Source of the DNA: Felis catus
Taxonomy: Eukaryota
Direction of reading: 5' to 3'
DNA: 64,000 bases
Assembly: GCF_018350175.1 (NCBI RefSeq)
Contig: NC_058375.1
Span: 19,530,001 to 19,594,000, forward strand
The notes beneath the pieces were generated by a model. That model did no database searches. It was given only the letters and a program-made list of their open reading frames with translations, and was not told the origin of the DNA. This document shows positions 55,935-64,000 of this stretch, piece after piece; position 1 is the first letter of the stretch, and every line of letters begins with the position of its first letter. The position numbers were made by a program, and so were the translations under genes.

Positions 55935-56375
55935 CTAGCCTGGTACGCACACCCCGGCACCCCAACCCCCCACAACTAAACACCCATCTGGTCCCCTCAC
56001 GCCTTCCATAAATACATACAAGTGTACCTCTACACAAAGTCACCAGTCACATACCTTACCTGTATAGGAAACCACTGCAGACACCCTCGAGCCCACATAC
56101 CTGCCCACCCATGGACGTATCCACACACACCCAAAAATGTGTGGACAACGGCATGCATGCTGATGTAGACATACACCTGTACATGAGCATGCCTCCACAG
56201 GGCTATGCCTCTTCGCCTGTACATAGCTGTACGTGCTGTGAGGCACCTATACAAGGACACGTACACTGTTATACCATTCACACCTGTGAACTTACAGAAA
56301 TGCAGGCAGCGGCACAGAGGCCCATCTACAGCACACTAAACCTCTCCACCCATCCACAGACACAAAGATGGAGAT

Positions 56376-56376
<1 letters not shown>

Positions 56377-56412
<36 letters not shown>
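56377..56412. repeat. (CA)18 microsatellite
   Basis: Perfect dinucleotide repeat in a C1orf232 intron. Confidence 0.95.
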
Positions 56413-56416
<4 letters not shown>

Positions 56417-56937
56417 ATAGAACTAGTTCCTGCCCCTGCCACATCTGTTTGCACGAACTGCTACTTATTACAGCCTCTAGATGTAAGACCGTTCCCGGTG
56501 TCAGAGCCTTTTTGATTTTTTTTAAATGTCAGAATAAACATGCTCCAAGTCTGGCTCTGATCTGATGCTGCAACAGTGACCCTCTAAGGGCAAGCACGAC
56601 TTCTAGGACCATAGGCCTCACTTCCTCTCCAGGCAAGCCATCCCAATTCTGCTTAGCTCTGCCCACTAGGAAGTTGTGTCAAGCTGCATGTGCCCCATGT
56701 GGCTACTGCCTCCTGGTCTCTTCCATGTGGCAGCCCTTGGCTGCCATCTTTGGAGATGGAGTCCGTCGTGGGAGACAATGACCATTTTTCCCGTGGCCCC
56801 CCAATCTTCTTCCTCAGTTTCCTGAAATATCCTGGCTTTCGGCACCAGGCCATTTGTCATCCTTGAAGGTGCCAATTGTTTCTGCACAAATGTGCCTCCC
56901 CTCACAGAGCCTGTCCCTTGCTCTTCATTGTATCTCA

Positions 56938-57120
<183 letters not shown>

Positions 57121-58113
57121 TCAGTGGGCACCCAGCGGGTCTGGCTCCAGGAACTTGGTGAGGCCAAGAGCCTGTCCCAGGGATCAGGTGACTTCATTAA
57201 AGATGCACCAGCCTCCCCAGCTGGCACACTGTCAGGCAGGTGAGCTGATCCAGAGGAGTCTGGGGTGGAGACAGGACAGAGCTGGCTTCTGTGGCCTCAG
57301 CCCCTCGTCTTGACCCATATTGGCCAAGAATAATGGAGACATCTCTCTCCACGGAGGCCCGCTTCCTGGCCCTACGGGTACTTGAATTTGATCTCTTGGA
57401 ATGGCTCCCAAAAAAAATCTGCTTGCATTCACAAAGTCCATTTATAAAGTCCTTGGGCCCAAGACCCACACCGGTGCCCCTGTGACTGTAGCCATACCAG
57501 TTGTGCCTTCAGCAGGGCCTGCCCTATGTCCCCACTCAACTGTGAACTGGAGTGGGGAGGTCTCAAAGCCCCTGGCTGGCACCCTGGGCTTACATTTCTC
57601 TGCTTTGTCTGGGCTGGAAACCGATTCCTCTCCCCAGGGATGCACGTGCATGTCTCCCTGTTTCCTGGCAACAGGTTCCAAAGAGCTGGAGCCCCTGAAT
57701 TATTGCTGAGCTCCTCTGGTCAGCCAGGAAGGCACCAGGCTCCAATGAACGGAGAAAGGCTCTCCGGCCTTCTCCCCACTCTGAGCACAAAATACCTAGG
57801 CTGTTATCTCTGCCTTTGCTGCCAGCCCACACCAGGGAGTCCAGGGCTCAGAGAAAGGGGGCAAAGATGAGAGGTGCTTCTGCCAGCCCTTCCACTTCTT
57901 GTGAGAGTTGCTGACCCCGTGCAGTCTGAGGAGATGCCTGAGCAGAACACTCCTTGCTCACGGATTTGACAGGGGGTGCACGAAGGACGGAGACCCAAGG
58001 GAATAACTGGGGAACGGTGAGAAGTGGTGAGCGCTTGGTCAGGAACTGGAGGGATCTCAGGAGTCCCTGTGGGGGCCAGATCCCAAACTTACTCACTCGC
58101 ACTCATTAATTCA

Positions 58114-58119
58114 TTTATT
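58114..58119 (-). terminator. ZNF593OS: Candidate ZNF593OS polyadenylation signal
   Basis: First minus-strand AATAAA (TTTATT on +) that I find downstream of the ZNF593OS stop. Confidence 0.5.
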
Positions 58120-58249
58120 CACATCACAGACATTTTTCAGTGCCTCCCAGAGGTGCTCAAGGCATATTCCCTCCCCCCGCTGACCGTGGAGTCTAAGATC
58201 TGGGAACAAGCATGGGGTGATAGTGCCAAGGGATGGAGTAGAGACAGGT

Positions 58250-58557
58250 CGGGCCAGAAGGGACCGGAGGTCAGGGGGCGGAATCCCCCGGGGGCCCGCA
58301 CCACCCAGCCGCTCCCCGGCCAAAGCCACGCCCTGGGCGGAAGCCGCAGCTTTGGGCCCCGCCCGGCGCTCCGTCTCTGTCGTCGACCGCCGCCTGGGGG
58401 CGCTCAAGGAGCGGCCTGCGCGAGTGACGTCATCTGAGGCAGTCTGGACGAACCTGCTCCGCCCCCGGGCGTCCTTGACGTCATCCAGCGATCCGGAAGC
58501 GCCCGCACGTGTGCCCCTGACCCGGCTCTGGGCCCCCTGGCCCCGCCGTCACTGGCC
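58250..58557. promoter_or_regulatory. ZNF593: ZNF593 CpG-island promoter and 5' leader
   Basis: Two full CREs TGACGTCA (58425-58432, 58476-58483), ETS CCGGAAG (58493-58499), E-box CACGTG (58506-58511), CTCF-like CCGCCTGGGGGCGC (58390-58403). Confidence 0.8.
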
Positions 58558-58757
58558 ATGGGTCGCTCCCGTCGGACGGGTGCTCACCGAGCCCACTCCC
58601 TGGCCCGCCAGATGAAGGCGAAGCGGCGGCAGCCGGACCTGGACGAAATTCACCGCGAGCTGCGGCCCCAGGTTCCCGCACGGTCTCGTCCAGACCTGGG
58701 CTCCGAGCCCGACCCCGACCTGCCAGGGGGCGGCCTGCATCGCTGTCTGGCCTGCGC
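58558..58757 (+). CDS. ZNF593: ZNF593 (Bud20 orthologue, pre-60S factor) coding exon 1
   Basis: GCC ATG G context; [35 protein letters not shown]...[15 protein letters not shown]; donor CGC|GTGAGT. The three exons total 405 nt (134 aa). Confidence 0.95.
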
Positions 58758-58952
58758 GTGAGTCCCGGCCGGGCCTGGCCTGGGGAGGAGAAGGGTACGC
58801 GGGACGGGACGGGGGCGTGAGGTCCGGGTCCCAGGACGCGCGGGTTCTGCTGACCTCCCATCACTTCAGGCTCAGAGCCCCGCGTCAGGGAGATAGGCAT
58901 ACCTGAGATGCATCACCTCACTCTCCTCCTTACCCACCTCCCATCCCTACAG

Positions 58953-59015
58953 GAGGTACTTCGTCGATTCCACCACCCTGAAGACCCACTTCCGATCCAA
59001 AGACCACAAGAAGAG
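58953..59015 (+). CDS. ZNF593: ZNF593 coding exon 2 ([20 protein letters not shown])
   Basis: Acceptor ccctacag|G, donor GAG|GTATGA. Supplies the two His residues of the C2H2 finger. Confidence 0.95.
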
Positions 59016-59109
59016 GTATGAAGGAGTAAGGAGAGGACTGGTGGACGGGTGCTGGGCAGACAGGGCTTGCATCTGGTCAGCTCCCAACTCTCTCTCTTCT
59101 TTCAACCAG

Positions 59110-59251
59110 GCTAAAGCAGCTGAGCGTGGAGCCCTACAGTCAGGAGGAGGCCGAAAGGGCAGCGGGTATGGGCTCTTATGTGCCCCCCCAGCGGCTGGCC
59201 GTGCCCACAGAAGTATCCACTGAGGCCCCCGAGATGGACACATCTCCCTGA
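59110..59251 (+). CDS. ZNF593: ZNF593 coding exon 3 ([21 protein letters not shown]...MDTSP*)
   Basis: Acceptor ttcaaccag|G; TGA at 59249-59251. Confidence 0.95.
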
Positions 59252-59385
59252 CATGGCCTGAGGATGTAGGGCAGGGGAACTGCCCATGGACAGTGGTGCA
59301 AGGGCTAGGCTGGCAAAGACTGTGCCAACCTATTTTGGCCCTGGGTTTGGGGAGTGGATGGCCTCTTCTGGGTGCCCTCACCCCC

Positions 59386-59391
59386 AATAAA
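59386..59391 (+). terminator. ZNF593: ZNF593 polyadenylation signal
   Basis: AATAAA about 135 nt after the stop. Confidence 0.8.
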
Positions 59392-59717
59392 GGAACTGGA
59401 TGAAGAGGACTTGTCTCTGACTCTCTAACCTCCAGGCCACTCCTCCAAACTCCTGCCCTGTAGGGGTTTCTCTGTTACTCTTGTTTACAGGGCCGAGGGT
59501 GTCCATTCCCCACTTGGTCCGGCTTTGGAACCTACAGCCTTGCTTTCCCTCAGGGGTCCTGGCATCTGAGCTGGAGCCCCAAGATGGAGCCCAGGTCAGT
59601 GAAGGGGAGAGGGAAGATCAGGGACTGACCCTCAGAAAAGAAGTGGGCTCCCGAGATTGCAGCCCCCCACTGAGTCACCTCCCCCAGGACCCGGGCGTGA
59701 GGCTGCCTACTTTATCA

Positions 59718-60140
<423 letters not shown>

Positions 60141-60144
60141 TTAC

Positions 60145-60189
60145 CTGTAGCACCCGGAAGTAGCCAGGGGTCAGGCGTCGAAATCTCAT
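60145..60189 (-). CDS. ZNF593OS: ZNF593OS microprotein, first coding exon (MRFRRLTPGYFRVLQ)
   Basis: CCCACC ATG context, consensus donor CAG|GTAAGT. The exon acceptor ccccacag|G is at 60219/60218. Confidence 0.85.
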
Positions 60190-60329
60190 GGTGGGTGCCA
60201 CTAGTCTTCCTTGGCGGCCTGTGGGGTGGAAGCAGGAATGAGGATTAGTGGTGTTCATAATACCAAGGAGTGGAAATCAGGGCACAGAGGTGTCTGACCT
60301 CTCATATCCATGGGAGCCATACCTCAGAG

Positions 60330-60430
60330 GATGCTCACCAGCGTCTGCCCTCCCAGGTCTGGCAGGGGGCGGGGCAGCTGAACCTTTAAATCTGGTCCCT
60401 TCCCCCGCCTGCCCATCCTGCCAGCTTCAG
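60330..60430 (-). promoter_or_regulatory. ZNF593OS: Candidate ZNF593OS core promoter / short first exon
   Basis: TTTAAA at 60385-60390 flanked by GC boxes and CAGCTG. Minus-strand donors CTG|GTGAGC (exon end 60339) and GAG|GTATGG (exon end 60323). Confidence 0.4.
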
Positions 60431-61221
60431 GAGCAGCTGTCAAGAGAGATCAGCATCAGGCCTGAGCAGCACCTCCCCCACTCACCAGGGAGGCCAGGCT
60501 GGGTAGGGCAGGAAAGGCCTTGCCTGGCAGCGCTCAGGAGTCTTAGACCTGGACCAGGTACTGGGAGGGTCTCCCCAGCCCGGGTCCTGGCTCTATCCCT
60601 ACTCCTCAGATGGTCGGATATCACCAGTCAGCCCTAAGCAAAGGAGGGGCAGGGTGCCTTATTAGCCCTCCCGGTCGCCCTGAACATTGGTGAGCCTTTT
60701 CACTTGGTTTCTGTTACATCAACGCCCCTTACCTTGGGGGGGGGGGGGGGGGGAGGGCACATATCACTTCTTTCTGCAAGATGAAGTTCCCGCAGGGACT
60801 TTCCTATTCTTGGCTTGGGGACAATAATAAAAGGAGATTAGCATATACTGATTAAGAGAGCTGTCCATGGCACGTTAAAAAACAGCTGACTGTGCCAGGC
60901 AGTATTATAAGCACTTAACATTTATTAATTCATTTGGTATTGGCTATCTTAGAATATGAACAACAACAACAACATGTTTTCAGAATAGTATACAGAATAC
61001 CTGCAAATGCAGAGAATGGAAACTTTACAGTGGTCCCCACTTGGGCCTAGAATAGAGATATAATGACCTACTGCTAACCTTTGAATATTTTACAACAAAG
61101 ATGCAGAAGGAACTTTTATAAACTCAGAAAACTACCTCTAAAATAGAAGCTACCATTTACTCTGCCCTTAACTGCCTAGCCCTGCCAGGTGCTAGGGGCA
61201 GAAAATAAAGGCAAGGTTATG

Positions 61222-61335
61222 TGGGGCGCCTGGCTGCCTCGGTCGGAAGAGCATGCGACTCTTGATCTTGGGGTTGTGAGCTCAAGTCCCACGTCGGGTG
61301 TAGAGATGACCTCTTAAATAAATAAATATTTTTTA
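61222..61335 (+). mobile_element. Short CanSINE
   Basis: tRNA-like head; imperfect TSD aaaataaaggcaa.gtt. Confidence 0.8.
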
Positions 61336-62259
61336 AAAATAAAGGCAATGTTGTGGACGTCAGGCCCCCGATCCTTTTAGGGGTGCATGTGAGTGGTGAG
61401 TTCCTGTCTGTTTCTGCCCTACAGGACTGTGTGTTCAGGCTGGCCCAGGGTAGGTGTTTGATGAAATCAGGGTGGTGGAGACAGGTGTGTGTTTACTGGG
61501 CTTCCCCAGAGCGCCGCAGGGAGGCTGTTGAAGGAAGAGGGCAAAACGGAGGAGTGATGAAAGGACACGTGCAGCTCAGGGTATGAGGATGCATGAACGG
61601 GGCCAAGGACAAAGCCAGAGAGGGGAGGGCTGTGTTGCACAGTGGAGCCTGCTGGTTCACCAGCGAGGGAGTCAAGCCTGCAGGTACCTTCGAGGACCCT
61701 GAAAGATGCAGATAACAATCTGCATTCTTGTTTGATGCCGCATGTAATGGTAGGAGGGAGCCAGGGGAGCGGGCCAAGTTCCAGAGAACTCAATTTGTAT
61801 GTGAAATTATTAAATGATGGCAACTAACACACACCCATTATATGGGCCATCCAGAGGCCAAGTGCAGAATTTGGATTTGGGGGCAAGATCATGTCAGGCT
61901 TTGAAGGCTGGGTACTGGGGCACCGGTAGGGATTCCAAAGTGACACAGTCAGAGGGGCAGGCCCTGGGAAGCCTTCCCAGGCCCCTCTCCATAGAACTAA
62001 AGCAATAATCATAGCTCAGATCCATCCCATTTGACAGATTTCAAAACACTTCAAGGAAATCTTCACAGCACTAAGGTCTAAGTGTCTCTGTTTTAGACAG
62101 GAAGGAACAGTTCAGAGAGGTGTTGAAATTGGGCGCAGTCACACAGCAAATGGAAGTGATTCTGTCTGATTCCAAAGTCCTGGGAGTCTCCTGGCCTGGG
62201 ATGGTGGTGGTGGTGGTGATAGCTACAAATCGTATGTCACAGATTGTTGTTCTAAGAGA

Positions 62260-62730
62260 AAAGCTCTTAACTGGGATTCAGAATACAGAGGGCCGATAAA
62301 CTTGGATGGGAAAAAAGTGATATATTTTCACTAAACTGTAACCAAAATTTACCACTTCCTTCTATATGGATTGAAGTATTAGCAGTATCTGTGGCTTTGT
62401 CACCAATTGAAATCACAGATTTAAAAAACATTTTTTTAATATTTATTTTTTTAAATGTTTATTTTTGAGAGAGGGAGGGGCAGAGAGAGAGGGAGACACA
62501 GAATCCAAAGCAGGCTCCAGGCCCTGAGCTGTCAGCACAGAGCCCGATGTGGGGCTTGAACTCATGAGGTCATGTCCTGAGCCAAAGTCAGACGCTCAAC
62601 TGACTGAGCCACCCTGGCGCCTCTAAATCGCAGATTTTTTCATTCAAATTGTAGTTATTGCAAGTGTCTCAACATTATATATGCTCATAACTGTTTCAGA
62701 ATCGTGATAGTTACTAGGCCACCATTAAAT
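62260..62730. mobile_element. hAT-Charlie-like DNA transposon remnant split by a reverse CanSINE (62425-62623)
   Basis: SINE with imperfect TSD aaatc[a/g]cagattt inside MER-like sequence. The family call for the host element is tentative. Confidence 0.55.
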
Positions 62731-62961
62731 CACACTCCTTCAGACACTCCTGCGACATAGCTGCCATTGATTGGGCACCTCTGAGCCCAGTAGAAGGTCA
62801 GTGACCAAATGGTAAATCCACTTGTTCTCACACCAGTAACCCAGGCTTCTCCATTATTCTTCTGATTCCCTATATTTAGTGGTTAACTGATAAATACATG
62901 TGAAAAGGTGAGTCAAAGACCACCCCACAGTTTAGCTGATATCATTAGAAAAGGAAAATTT

Positions 62962-63348
62962 AGGGGCACCTGGGTGACTCAATCAGTTGAGTGTCCAACT
63001 TCGACTCAGGACATGAATTCATGGTTCGTGAGTTAGAGCCCCACAGCAGGCTTGCTGCTGTCAGCAGAGAGCTTGTTTTGGATCCTTTGTCCCCCCTCTC
63101 TCTCTGCCCCTCCCTCCCTCTCTCTCTCAAAAATAAAAATAAGCATGAAAGAAAAGGAAAATTTAACTTTAACTTCCAGTCTTGTTATTTCATGCTAATA
63201 AACCCATTACTATATCATAAATGTTGGGGGGGGGGGCGGTTAAGATTTTATTTTTTCAAGTAATTTCTACACCCAACAGGGGACTCAGACTCACAACCTG
63301 GAGATCAAGAGTTGCATGTTTTACCGACTGAGCCAGCAGGGCGCCCCA
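62962..63348. mobile_element. CanSINEs (62962-63145 +, 63245-63348 -)
   Basis: SINE bodies; TSD agaaaaggaaaattta around the first. Confidence 0.85.
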
Positions 63349-63685
63349 ATCATAAATTTGTGTCTTTAAGTATATTTTGGTTATAATTCTCTTCCTTGTA
63401 ATCTCCAGCATTTTTTAATGCTTCCAAAAGCACTATTCTGAGAAAGGGTCCATAGCCCAAAGCGTCTGTGTGCAGAAACGGGGGGTGCTAAAAATCCCTG
63501 TTCGAGAAATTTGAGAGCTATTAACGCAGGTACTCTGCACCGCAACCCATTTAACAGAGAAACTGACATGGTAGATAGGGGCACATAGCTAACTAGCCGC
63601 ACAGCTGGCATTTGCAGCCAGAGCTCTGGCTCTCGAAGTTCTGCACTTTGCTGCTGAGCTCCTGCTCACCTTTATGCAGTTTTGT

Positions 63686-63732
63686 GTTTGTTTTGTTTTG
63701 TTTTGTTTTGTTTTGTTTTGTTTTGTTTTGTT
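63686..63732. repeat. (GTTTT)n pentanucleotide repeat
   Basis: Tandem ttttg units. Confidence 0.9.
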
Positions 63733-63749
63733 CCTGCGGAACCTAAAGG

Positions 63750-64000
63750 ACAATCCAGCTTGGGGCGGGATTCCAGGCGCGCTCTAAAGTCTCCTGAGTC
63801 ACCAGTGACACCGCCTCCGGGTCCGGCGGCCCCGCTGCCTAAGGACGCCTGAAGGGCGGGGCAGGAGGCGGACAGGCCGGGGGGGCCAATGGCTGTCGCC
63901 GCGCCTCACCTGGCCGTCCACGTGGGCCCAGGTAAGCTGGTGGCTCCGCCCAGAGCCCCGCCCCGGCCGGCCCCCGCCTCTCCCCAGGCCAGACTCCGGG
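63750..64000 (+). promoter_or_regulatory. GC-rich promoter of the next gene, probably CNKSR1 (by synteny only)
   Basis: CpG-rich with GC boxes, CCAAT (~63886), CACCTG 63907-63912, CACGTG 63919-63924 and CAGGTA 63929-63934. No coding sequence is recognisable before the window ends. Confidence 0.6.

Overview
Mammalian genomic DNA from a cat-family (Felidae) species, judged by many young tRNA-derived CanSINE/SINEC_Fc elements. Gene content and order match the human 1p36.11 block as I recall it. Positions 1-16 kb are repeat-rich intergenic DNA. PDIK1L (+, Ser/Thr kinase) has a CpG-island promoter at about 16.4-18.1 kb, coding exons at about 19691-19975 and 26058-26798 (both partly hidden by N runs), and a long 3'UTR to about 30.2 kb. 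Positions 30-49 kb are intergenic and dense in SINE/LTR/L2 sequence, with a small orphan CpG island near 45 kb. A compact cluster follows: FAM110D (+, single coding exon 51414-52238), C1orf232 (-, 4 coding exons, 188 aa, TDRP-like motifs), ZNF593 (+, 3 exons, 134 aa) and the 63-aa single-pass microprotein gene ZNF593OS (-). A GC-rich promoter at the right edge probably belongs to CNKSR1 (synteny only). The most interesting signal is on the minus strand at 53.7-60.4 kb. The C1orf232 start codon sits 2 nt after a canonical splice acceptor, and the ZNF593OS ORF ends in three tandem stops followed by a possible donor. A bicistronic ZNF593OS-C1orf232 mRNA, with ZNF593 nested antisense in its intron, can therefore be built from the sequence; this is an untested inference. 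Repeat boundaries and subfamily names are by eye and approximate. Comparisons with human proteins are from memory.
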